DNA from: Tubulanus polymorphus
Taxonomy: Eukaryota > Animalia > Nemertea
Assembly (NCBI RefSeq): GCF_964204645.1
Contig: NC_134030.1
Coordinates: 15,376,110 to 15,440,109 of the forward strand
Reading direction: 5' to 3'
Length of the DNA stretch: 64,000 nt
Shown: positions 10,767-22,203 of the stretch, in pieces
Layout: every line of letters starts with the position of its first letter
Numbering within the stretch: position 1 is the first letter of the stretch
Program-made: the position numbers and the translations under genes
The notes under the pieces: model-generated
What the model saw: the letters and a program-made list of their open reading frames with translations, nothing else
Told to the model about the DNA's origin: nothing
The model's database searches: none

Positions 10767-13700
10767 GGAGAATGAACAACAGCCAGAAAATAATAATGTT
10801 AATAAAAATCAATATTATTGCACATATTGTAAAAAATACGTCGATACATCTCATAAAACACGACATGAAAAAACTGCAAATCATATAAATGTAATAGATT
10901 TTGAAACTTCAGAAAATTCCAATGAAAGAAAAGAACGATTAGAAAATATGAATGTGGATGAAATAAAATGTGAAGTTTGTAATGAATTCATAACAAAAAG
11001 GAATTATAATAGACATCTCGAATCACAAAAACACCACCAAAATTTGAGTAATAATGTTTTAGGAAAAGATTATTTTGATGATAAACCTCAAAAAGTAAAA
11101 AAAAAACAACTTCAAAAACTAAATCCATTTCAAATAAACCTTACATGGAAAATGTTAGAAATTATATTGATTCACTAGAAATAAAAGATACAATTGAAAT
11201 TTTAGAAACATTACATAGTAAAATTGGTCCTGCAGCTATTATATTTAGATTTTTTAAAGGTACAACAATAGAAGATTATAGTAAATTTAATGAAATAATA
11301 GAAAAAATACTAGATTTGATAACAGATGTTGAATATCCAAAAATTAGTATCTCTGGGAAAGTAAGTTTTATAAAGTCAGAAGAAAAAATGGATTATAATA
11401 TTCAAACACTCTCTGAAGAAATAATTTCAAAAACACAAATAAAAGAAGTTAGAAAAAATATTTAATGAATTTAAACGTCATATTGAAGAAAGATATTTTG
11501 AGGGTTCTAGCTTAACATTGAATGAAATTATATATTTAGATTTAAATGTTTACAATACAAAAAGGAATAAAACATCAAAAAGTAATAAAATGTTTAAAAA
11601 TGATTCAAACTTTACAACAGAAAAGGATATTAAAGCATCATCTTATATTAAATTACCATTTACAACAAAAGCAGTAATAAATGTTCAAAATGAAGATAAT
11701 AAATGTTTTCTATGGTCAATTATTAGTTGTTTACATCCAATACAGGAAAATGTTTGTAGAATAACAGATTATCGGAAATACGAAACATTATGTAAAATTG
11801 ATCAATATCCAGTAACTATAAAAATGATTCCTAAAATAGAAAAAGTTAATCATTTAAAAATAAATGTATTTGAATTAATGAAATTACCAAAGACAAAAGG
11901 TGAAAATATTAAAGATTATACATTGGAAGCTTTATATTTAACAGAATATTATGATGATGAAAATGCTATAGATTTGTTATATTACAAAAAAGATGAAAAT
12001 GAACATTATATGTGGTTAAAACAAATTGATTTATTCTTTAGAACAGAAAGTGATCACCATCATAAAATTTATCTATGTAGAAAATTTTTATCTAAATTTA
12101 TGACTGAGAATACATTATTAAAACATAAAGAATTATGTGATAATAAAGATTTTTGTAAATTAATAATGCCAACAGGAAAAAGATTATAAATTGAAATTTA
12201 CTAATCATAAATTTAAAAATATTGTTCCATTTGTAATTTATGGGGATTTTGAATCGTTGAATAAAGAATTAACTGATCAAGATAGAAAAGAAATATATAA
12301 CAAAAAGCAATTATTAAAATCAATGGATAAAGGAAATGAATTAAATGAAGACACAATACAAGACCCACCAATTATAAATACAATTAAAAAAGTTCATCAA
12401 AGAGCTGCTGGTTATGGAATTTATATAAAATCAAATTATCCCGAATTATATGAAAGTCAATATATTTCTTTAAGAGGTGAAGATGTAGTTAATGATTTTT
12501 GTGACAAAATGATTGAATTAGAAAGTGATTTTGCAAAATTATTAAACAAAAATAAAAGAATAGTTATGACAAAAGAAGATGAAATTGATTTTAATTATGC
12601 AACTCATTGTTGTTATTGTGAAAAACGTTTTTATTCATTTGATAAAAAAGTTAGAGATCATGATCATTTCAATTCAAAATATCGTGGAGCTGCTCATGAA
12701 GATTGCAATTTACAAGCTAAGAAAGTTAATTTCGTACCAATATTATTTCATAATTTATCAGGCTATGATACCCATCTATTTATAAAACAATTATCAAAGA
12801 ATTTGGGTACAATTAATCAAGAAATAGAAGAATATAATGCTATGAATGGTGTAAATGTAAGAAAATATGATATTATTATCCAAATGACCAAGATTTTAAA
12901 TTATTGAGATATAAAGGCGCAATTCCTTATTCATTTTATAAAACACACAATGATTTTAATGTAACAGAATTATTAAAAGATCAATTTTATGATCAATTAA
13001 AAGAGGAGTATGTGAAAGACGAAGTGTTTAATAGAACATTAAATACTTGGAACCATTTTAAGATGAAAAATCATGGCGAATTAGTTGATTTATATTTAAA
13101 ATCAGATGTTATGATATTAGCTGACATATTTGAAAAATTTAGAGAAGTTAATTTGAATCATTTTAATGTTGATCCTTGTTATTGCTACTCTAGTCCTGGT
13201 TTAACCTGGCAATGTGGTTTAAAATATACAAATGTAGAATTAGATTTATTAAAAGAACCAGATATGGTTCTATTATTTGAAAAATCAATTAGAGGTGGAA
13301 TTAGTGGTGTTATGGGAGATAGATATTTTAAAGCAAATGATGAATATAAATTATTATATATTGATGCCAATAATTTATATGGTTGGGCAATGATACAAAC
13401 CCAACCATACAAAAATTTTATATTAACAGAAGTTGAAAATGATAACAAAACTGATTGGGAAAGCGCAATTGCGAGTTTAAAAGATGAAGCACCAATTGGT
13501 TATTTCTTTGTAGTTGATTTAGAATATCCTGAAAATATAAAGTTTAAAACAAGAAACTTACCTTATTGCCCAGAACATTTAACTGTATATGATAGTTATT
13601 TAAGTGAATACCAGAAGAAAATAAAACCGAAAGATCATGTTTTTACAGAAAAATTAATACTTACTCAAAATAATAAATACAATTATATCGTTCATTATAG

Positions 13701-15690
13701 AATGTTAAAATTTTATCTAAAACAAGGAATGAAATTAAAGAAAGTACATAGATATATTGAATTTAATCAATCGAAGTGGTTAGAAAAATATATAGATTTC
13801 AATACTCAACAGAGAACAATATCAAAAACAGATTTTGAAAAAGATTTCTTCAAATTAATGAACAATAGTTTTTATGGTAAAACATGTGAAAATATTAGAA
13901 ATAGAAATGATATTGAATTAGTAAATAATTCTGAAAGATTAAGACATTTACAATCAAGTCCTAGACATTTAGGAAATAAAAGATTTGAAGATTATTTAAC
14001 AGCAGCTATTAAATTAAAAAGAACGTCAATGAAATTTAATAAACCTATATTCATTGGTTCAACTGTTTTAGAAGTATCAAAATTATTAATGTATGATTTT
14101 TATTATAATGTTTTACAACCACTTTTTGGGGAAAAGCATATTGAAATATTATACTTTGATTCTGTAACAGCTGACACCCCAATATTATTAAAATGTAATA
14201 ATAAAATATTGATAAGAAGAATTTCAGAAATAATTCCAAAACAAAATGAATGTTATATTTCATATGGTGAAAAAGAATTAATACAAATAAATGGTTTAAT
14301 GGATGTTTGGACAAGAAATGGATGGAAAATATTAAAGAATATTATTAGGCATAAAACAAATAAGAAAATCTATAGAGTTAGAACTAAATTAGGGTTTGTA
14401 GATGTTACAGAAGATCATAGTTTAATTACACGAAATGGCGATGAAATAAAACCAACTGATATAAAAATTGGAGATGAATTATTACATAAAAGATTTTTCC
14501 AAAGAATGAATCATATGTCATTTGATGAAATAATTGATAATATTTATAACATAGAACCCGAAACATTAGAAGAAAAAGAATATTTTATCAAAGGATTTTT
14601 CATGGGAGATGGTTCAGCAGGTGTGTATAATTATGTTAATCGCACTCAATATTGCTGGTATTTATGCAATCAAGACTTAAAATTATTAGAAAGAATAAAG
14701 AAATTCTGTGAAGAAGTTTATCCAAATAAAACATTTAAAATCATAGATGTTATGAAATCATCGCAATGTTATAGAATACATGTGAATAATCCTAAAGATT
14801 TTGCTATAAAATATAATGACGAATTCTATATTCATGCAATAGTGAAAAGTAATACTTCAACTAAAGAAAAGATAGTTCCAGATTATGTATTAAATGCAAA
14901 AAATAATTTAAGAAAATGGTTCTTCATTGGATTCTACGCAGCAGATGGTACTAAAAGTTTCAAAAACCGCAAAACAATATCTTTAGCTCAAAAAGGAAAA
15001 GTTGCTATATCAGGATTGAATATATTATGCAATTCATTAGGTTTTAATATGAATATTGGATTGATTAAATCTAAACCAAATTGCTTTAATTTAAGCCATG
15101 TAGAAAATGAGTTAACAGAAGAAGTTAAGGATTTATTTGAAATATATAACCCATCAGATTATGTTTATGATTTATCAACTGAAGATGGTACATTTAACTG
15201 TGGATTTCCATTAATAGCAGTCAATACTGACGCCTACATACTAAAAATCAAGACAAATGATATAACAAAAGACTTAAAAACATTAAAACATCATTTTGAT
15301 TTTAGCAATTATCCCAAAGATCATGAACTATTTAGCAATGATAATAAAAAGATTCCTGGTAAGTTTAAAGATGAATTAGGGGGTGATGAAATGATTGAAT
15401 TTGTTGGGATAAGAAGTAAAATGTATAGTTATAGAACAAAAGATCATGAAGCTAAAAAGTTATAAGGAATAACAAAACATGTGGTTGATAAACATATGGA
15501 ATTTCAAGATTATATAAAGTGTTTATATAAATCAATTGTAATGAAACACAAAATGAATTGTTTAAGATCAGAAGATCACGAGATGTACATTAATGTACAT
15601 TAATTAAGTTGAAAAACTAGTTTAAATCCATTTGATGATAAAAGGCATATTTTAGATGATGGAATAAAACGATTACCTTATGGTCATTAA
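10762..15690 (+). pseudogene. polB: Protein-primed family B DNA polymerase (N-terminal Zn fingers, vOTU-like region, EndoVII-like Zn module, exonuclease, polymerase) with intein; several frameshifts/stops
   Basis: NEDNKCFLWS...HY; YGDFES (ExoI); VRDHDH...YRGAAH..CN; FHNLSGYD (ExoII); YLKSDV (ExoIII); SIRGG; YIDANNLYG (A); KLMNNSFYGK (B); YFD/TD (C); KMY; terminal PYGH. Confidence 0.95.
14161..15225 (+). mobile_element. 355-aa intein with LAGLIDADG homing endonuclease in pPolB motif C
   Basis: YFD|SVTADTPILL...VTEDHSL (block B)...IKGFFMGDG...FIGFYAADG...YVYDLST (block F)...IAVN|TDA; removing it restores YFDTDA. Confidence 0.93.
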
Positions 15691-16332
15691 AACATAAAAT
15701 CAATATCATCATACTCGAAATCACTATTGGCTTCTTCATTTTCATTTAATTGTTTAGGTTCTTCTTCCATTTCATTTTTCTATTAAAACAAAGTTCTATC
15801 TTGTTCCACATTTCATCTCGCTCTGTTTGTTTGTTAATTCATCAAATGGAATTATAATATCTTATAAATTACAATCTTATTTAAAAAGAATTCATAATTT
15901 ATTGAATCTGTTATTCTATTTTCCAAATGATACATTAATATTTGTTTGAATATTTTTTTTATATTTTTCATATCTTCTTCTGTTAATTTAGATTTTTCAT
16001 AATAATCGTTAAATAATAAATATAAATACATTTTCTTTTGTTTTGTGTTAAATGTTGACGGAATAATTGTTTTTATAATATCTTTTTTAGTTATTTCACC
16101 ATTTTTATTTTCTATTATTTTCATTTTTTCAAGCCATTGCATATATTCTGGTGTATGATCTTCTATAGAAAATATTTTAAAAATTTCATCTAGATAATTT
16201 AATTTTGGATCTATGAGAAAATTTCTAGTTTTTTCTTCACTCCATAAATTCTTTTGCCATCCACATTCACTACAAAATAACACAGTACCTTCTTGTCTTA
16301 AGGTCGCATAACTACATTGTGGACATTTTCAT
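15687..16332 (-). pseudogene. Poxvirus late transcription factor VLTF3 (A2)-like protein, frameshifted
   Basis: Reconstructed MKCPQC..(11)..FCSEC Zn ribbon; KLTEEDMKNIKKIFKQILMYHLENRITDSINYEFFLNKI resembles, from memory, the vaccinia A2 segment ending TINYSFFLDKI; core ORF 15852-16283. Confidence 0.78.
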
Positions 16333-16985
16333 TTATAATTTATTGGTAATAGATCTTCATTGAGCTCTTGGTATTTTCTTACGTTTTCTTTATGTTTTCT
16401 TGTTCTATTATGTAGATTTGAATTACTTGTTGTAATAATCAATTTACAATATTTACAATAATATGTTTTTCTTGTTAATTCATTATATTGTTTTTCTAAC
16501 TTTTCAACTGTTTCTTTGTTATCTGGTAACGTTTTCTCATATTTTATTTTTTCTAATAAATTATGTTTTCTTTCGTTGAATTCAGTTTCAAATTTATTAG
16601 AAATTTTATCTATATGTGCGTTACGAAATTGATGATTCTCCCAATCTTCTATATTTTCAGGGCTATATTTTACTTGACAAGGCTCACAGATATGATCTTT
16701 TATATTATCCTTATCATAGAATAAGAAAGGTCTTTTCCAAATACCTTCAGGTTCAACTTCAACAGAATTACTATTACTTTCATAACTATCAACATTAGCC
16801 GTTGCGCCATTAATTTTACACTTCTCTGAATGTTTTTTAACATAATTTCTTGAGAATAATTTATTACATTTTGGGCAGTTTAGTTTAGGGGGTTTATAAT
16901 TTTCATCATGTTTTTTCATATGTCGAGCCATATTACTTTTTCTTAGAAGTTCACCACAAATTTCGCATGCTATCTTCTCATCCAT
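16329..16985 (-). CDS. Multi-zinc-finger protein, 218 aa
   Basis: CEIC..HMKKH, CPKC..H...C, CEPC..H....H, CKYC..HNRTRKH; its stop overlaps the VLTF3-like start (TAAATGA). Confidence 0.75.
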   Translation of the reverse strand: MDEKIACEICGELLRKSNMARHMKKHDENYKPPKLNCPKCNKLFSRNYVKKHSEKCKINGATANVDSYESNSNSVEVEPEGIWKRPFLFYDKDNIKDHICEPCQVKYSPENIEDWENHQFRNAHIDKISNKFETEFNERKHNLLEKIKYEKTLPDNKETVEKLEKQYNELTRKTYYCKYCKLIITTSNSNLHNRTRKHKENVRKYQELNEDLLPINYK

Positions 16986-17053
16986 TTATTAAGGAAAAAT
17001 TTTATTAAAATTAATTTTTAGTGACGAGCGGTAATTTTTTTATGTTATAAATA

Positions 17054-17810
17054 ATGGTAGAATTAAAAGAATACAGAATATTTGTTGATTCTAGAAAACT
17101 TACAAATTATAAAACTCATAATTTACTAGTACAATTAGATAGGGAATATAAAAATTGTGTAGATTTAAAATTAGTAAATATAATTTTATGTAATTCTTTT
17201 TATAATGTATCGGATAAAAGTCTAGAACATTTAATTTTTCAATCTTTTACAAAAAAAGGAATAAATGGTTTTTTTATATTTAAAACCAGGATTATATAAT
17301 TTAGATACATTAGCACAAGAAATTAATAGAAAAGCTCGAGCTAAATTAGGAAGTGATTCCGGATTTAGTATTAGAATTTTAAAAAGTGATAGTTCTAATA
17401 AAATAAAGATTAGGTTAGCTAATGACGAACAATTTAAATTTACAGTAAGAAAACCTTTAGGTAAACTGTTTGGAATTAACCCAGATATTGTTACAGCATA
17501 CGCAGAAGGTAGATCAAACTTAATACCTTTTACACATTTTTATATTTATTGCAATTTGATCGACCCAACAAAAACATTTGAAGCAACTAAAGATACAATT
17601 TGTAATTCTGGTTTATTAAATATTTTACCATTAAAAAATGTCAAACAATTTGGAACTCAAATAAATTATAATTTAACTGAATGTGATTTCAAACCTTGTA
17701 TTCCACATTTCAATAATTTTAAATTAGAAATAAGACATCATAATGGTTATTTAATTGATTTGAATAACTTTCCTGTAATTTATGAATTAGTTATAAGATG
17801 TAAAGAGTAA
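17054..17810 (+). pseudogene. Minor capsid protein (penton), one frameshift
   Basis: PGLYN, YIYCNLID, LLNILP, LEIRHHNGYLIDLNNFP..YEL pattern typical of Polinton pentons; ORFs 17054-17299 and 17265-17810. Confidence 0.75.
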
Positions 17811-17826
17811 TTTTTTCATTATATAA

Positions 17827-18186
17827 ATGAATATAACTGTTGGACCGAGTATATGTTTTGGATTTGATTTTAAACGTGAGAAAGAAATGAAATTTAACAT
17901 TAATGATGTAATTACACATATCAAAAATATTGCATTTTCTAATGAAACAACATTTGAGTATGAAAGAACAATAGATAAAGAAACTTTAAATGTAGAAAAG
18001 ATTACTAATTTAATTAGAGAATCTTTAAGATTTTATGAATTAGATGAAGATTTTATCATAGATGATATTAAAAACATATTAACCAAAATATATGATAATC
18101 ATAAAAGTAGTAATGAAATAAATGTTGAATTAATCATAAATAAGATAACGAAATATTTTGATGATAGTAATTTTTTTGATAAATAA
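17827..18186 (+). CDS. Polinton ORF A
   Basis: Paralog of 1283-1639. Confidence 0.7.
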   Translation: MNITVGPSICFGFDFKREKEMKFNINDVITHIKNIAFSNETTFEYERTIDKETLNVEKITNLIRESLRFYELDEDFIIDDIKNILTKIYDNHKSSNEINVELIINKITKYFDDSNFFDK

Positions 18187-18412
18187 ATGAGTGATAATAA
18201 GTGGATAATAACTGGATTATATAATGGAGCATTACTATTAGTTTGAACTGTTTAAAAATTTATAAAAAGTATTAAAAAAAGTATTCAAAATGGGAAGTTT
18301 TAATGTTGATAGATTTGATATAAATGATATCTTAAAATTAACGTTAGCAGTTACTTTATCTAATTTAACTATTGATTATTTAGAAAAACAAAAATATATT
18401 CCTCCCATATAA
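18187..18412 (+). pseudogene. Polinton ORF B, disrupted
   Basis: Aligns to 1640-1861; premature TGA near 18244. Confidence 0.65.
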
Positions 18413-18436
18413 ATGCGTAATTATTTTACTAAATAA

Positions 18437-18859
18437 ATGGCTTCTGCAATTAAAACTATTATAGGATCGGCAATTGTTAACGCTTTGGCATTTACTGGTG
18501 GTGGATATTTATTTAAACATATTGATAAAAATAGTTCATTAGGAGAACAAAGAAGACATATTTTAGCGTCAGAGAAATACAATAAAGCTGCAGAAGAATA
18601 TAGAGAAAAGAGACAAAACTATATGGATTACATCAATAAAGAATTATATGATCAGAAGATTTCACATAGAGATTTTCAATCAGTTGATGATGCAATGAGT
18701 TTATATAACGCGGTAACCAATAAAGAAAAATTACATCTATACAAACCTAAATTATCAGATTATTATACCCCAAGTAATGAACAACAGAAATATGAAATAA
18801 TTTGGATTTTAGGTGGAACAGTTATTGTTATATTTGTTGCTTATAAGTTTACTAATTAG
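18437..18859 (+). CDS. Polinton ORF C, 140-aa membrane protein
   Basis: Paralog of 549 and 1886 ORFs. Confidence 0.75.
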   Translation: MASAIKTIIGSAIVNALAFTGGGYLFKHIDKNSSLGEQRRHILASEKYNKAAEEYREKRQNYMDYINKELYDQKISHRDFQSVDDAMSLYNAVTNKEKLHLYKPKLSDYYTPSNEQQKYEIIWILGGTVIVIFVAYKFTN

Positions 18860-18878
18860 TAATTTTTTTTCTAAATAA

Positions 18879-19310
18879 ATGGAAGATAAAGTTGATAATA
18901 TTGATATTATTCCTCATGATATAAATAAAACTAAATTAAAAACATATTTAGAAAAACAAATATTAGAATTTGAAAGTGACTTAAAGATAAAAAAGAAAAA
19001 ATATTTATAAAGTAAAATTATATATCTTATTATCAGTGGTTCGGTTACAATTAGTTCTGTAATAACATTTCTAGCAATATTCAGTCCATTAACACCTTTA
19101 GCTATATCAATTGGTGTGTGAGGATTAAGTTCAAGTGTTTTAACTGGTATAAGTTCAAAATTAAACATAAAAAGTAATAAAGAAAAAATTAAAACTAATA
19201 TAAAAGAAATTAATAAATTAAAGAACACACTAGATTTAAAAATAGGTTTAAATGGTCATATAACAGTTGAAGAACAAGATAAATTATTAAAAGAATTAAT
19301 AAATTATTAA
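18879..19310 (+). pseudogene. Polinton ORF D, two-TM protein with in-frame stops
   Basis: TAAATG-GAAGAT start; aligns to 992-1092 and 2312-2736. Confidence 0.65.
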
Positions 19311-19326
19311 TTTTTTAATTATATAA

Positions 19327-20708
19327 ATGGTAGATAGTTTTCCAAAAGCTTTCCAATATAATAAATCAATTAAATATAATATTCCAGCAATAGATTTTAA
19401 TAAAGATATTACATATAGAAATGAAGTTTTAAATTCATTAATTGATTTAGAAATTTATGTTACTGAAACTAATAATTTTAATGCAAAGATGGAAAATATA
19501 TTTCATGTATATTTAATTAATTTTAAAAAATTGAAAGATGAAAAACAATGGTTATTAAAATCTAATATGAAGTATTGGCAGAACCAATTAAATTTTGCTG
19601 TTTATTGTGCAACAACAGGTTGTGGAATTAGTTGGAATGATCATTTGAATAATTCTAAATATAAATTAATTCAAAGTGTATTTAGATTTCATACATACTT
19701 TCAAATCAGAATAATATTAAATGAATTAGAGTGTGCTTTACCAGGATCTAGATATTTTAAAGAATTAGATAATAATATTAATTTATCAAAGTTTTATAAA
19801 ATTTGTAATGAATTTAATATAGATATAAAAAATTCTGATTTTAGAACAAAAATTGGAACAATAAGATCACTTCCTTGCCCTAGAAAGATTGCAGAATATT
19901 GTGCACTTCCCATACCATCTAATACTTTTTATAATAACTATAATAATAAATTAGGTTATGGTAAAATAGAAACAAAGGATTTAGAAACATTAAATTTCAA
20001 TAAATTACCGACTTTTTATGATAATTTAAAACAAGAAAACAATAATGGTTGGGTTTATTTCATTTTAGAAAATAATGAAGGTTTTACAAAATCAGGTATA
20101 CAAAGAATAAATCAATCTATTAGAACTTATTTGATATGTATTCTAGGTGCACAAGTTGAAAAAAGATCACCGATAATTGGAAATTTGAATACATCATTCG
20201 ATACACAAAAACAATTTAAAGTTTTATTTGAAGATTCCATACATAATGATAAAAATAGATCGATTCCAGACAACATTGTAAGATATCGAAATTATTTAGA
20301 TAAATCACATATTAGATTAAATTATTGTATAGGCCCTTATCTATTAATTATTTCTAATGATTTAGTATTAAAGATGGGAAATATAATTGGTTATAATAAT
20401 CTAATTAAAACTGCAACAATAAATAATTCATTTGGATTGAATGATATAGATAAAAAGATAATTACTGCTCCAAAATTAATGGAAGGTGAAAAAAATTAAA
20501 AACATATTCAATCAACTGAAACTAAAACTAATAATATTAAATTAAATAATGATTCTAAAATAAAAGATTATAATACATCAGAAGATATTAAAACTGATAT
20601 TATTCAACATGATATGATTAAAACTAATGATGATAATAAATCCCATGAAAATGCTAAATTAGCTTTAACTTGTATAGGAATTGTTATAGGAGGAATATTA
20701 TATTTTAA
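19327..20708 (+). pseudogene. Polinton ORF E, frameshift near 20495 separates the C-terminal TM
   Basis: 390-aa ORF 19327-20499 plus tail ending GIVIGGILYF. Confidence 0.75.
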
Positions 20709-20731
20709 ATTTTAATTTTTTTATTATATAA

Positions 20732-22162
20732 ATGGATGTAGAAGGTGGAGAAGATATTGGAATGGATAATTTTGATGAACCTGGTATAACTGATGAACAA
20801 CCACCTGATTTTGATGAAACAAGTTTTAATGATGGTAATGAGCCAGAATATAATAATAATTTGAATATACCTGATTATATTAAAAATGCGGAATCACAAT
20901 TAAATCCTGAAAATTTAGACCCAGATTTAGTAAAACAAGATTTAGATAATTTAAACAAAATACCTAAATTAGAAGATTTAATTGAAAAATCTAAACTTAA
21001 CATAAATGATGAAGACGTTGGACTTTTAGCAGATCAATTAAAATTTTTAGATAATGGTAAATGTTATTATCGTTTGAAAGATGATTATTATATTGATATC
21101 ACTTATTAAAAAAAAATAATAACAAAATGAACTTTGAGAAAATTAGATCCAGATAGAATTAAAAGAATAAGTAATAGTAATGTAATAACTGATGTTATAA
21201 AACAAGAATTAACTGATAATGATATAGACGTATTTAAACAAAGAATTAATGAATTATTTGAAATAATCAAAAAGAAATCAGAAACAGAAACAAGTTCTGA
21301 ACAGAATATAACTTCCAAAACTAGTAAACTTAAATCAAATAAAGTTTCAATTGAAAAACTTTTACCGAATGGATTAATTGATGCAACAGATCAACAATTA
21401 GAAGATTTAAATAATATATTTTCTGTTGAAGCAATTAGAGAAATTAAAAGTATAAGGCTTGCATCTGATGAAATTGCGCATGATAAAAGTATAAGAGATT
21501 TAAAAGTTAGAACTTTAGAAGATGAATTATTTAAATCAAGAAAAGAATCGGAACAACTAAAATTAGATTGAAGTTATTGAAGAAATTGAATTTAAAAAAA
21601 GAAATGCATATTTAGAAAAAGATGTTGATGATTTTAGAATATAACATAGAATTACAAAAAGAAGAAATTAAATTATTATTAAAATCATATGATTATAATA
21701 TTAATAGATTAAAAGTTATTTTTAAAGATTTATTGATAAAACCAAATTCTAAAATATCATTGAAAGATAGAATAAAGTTATTATTTAAATTAGAAGGAAT
21801 AACAATTCTTTCAATTCTAACAGCTGTAACTATGTTATTTACAACAATTGGTTTAGCAATATCAAATGCTTTTAAATCTACTCCTACTCTAAATAAACCG
21901 GATAAACCCCCGAATGATAATAATTCTATACAAGATAAAGTTAAAGATGGTTTAAAGAAATTAGCAAAATATTTATGGGAACTATCTAAAAATTATCTGC
22001 TGCAGCTTCACCAGGAATTATTGCATCAATTGTTGGTTTTATATTGAAATCTGCTGGGAATATTCTTAACTTTGCTGCTGAACATATTATTTTATTTTTA
22101 ATTACAGTTGTAAGTGCTATTATTTTTGGGTTAGTGAATATGATATCAAAAAATATCAAGTA
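20732..22162 (+). pseudogene. Polinton ORF G, fragmented
   Basis: ORFs 20732-21109, 21134-21571 and 21622-22047 collinear with 4081-5551. Confidence 0.7.
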
Positions 22163-22203
22163 AACATGATTAAAAATAAATAATTAATTTTTTTGTTAAA
22201 TAA

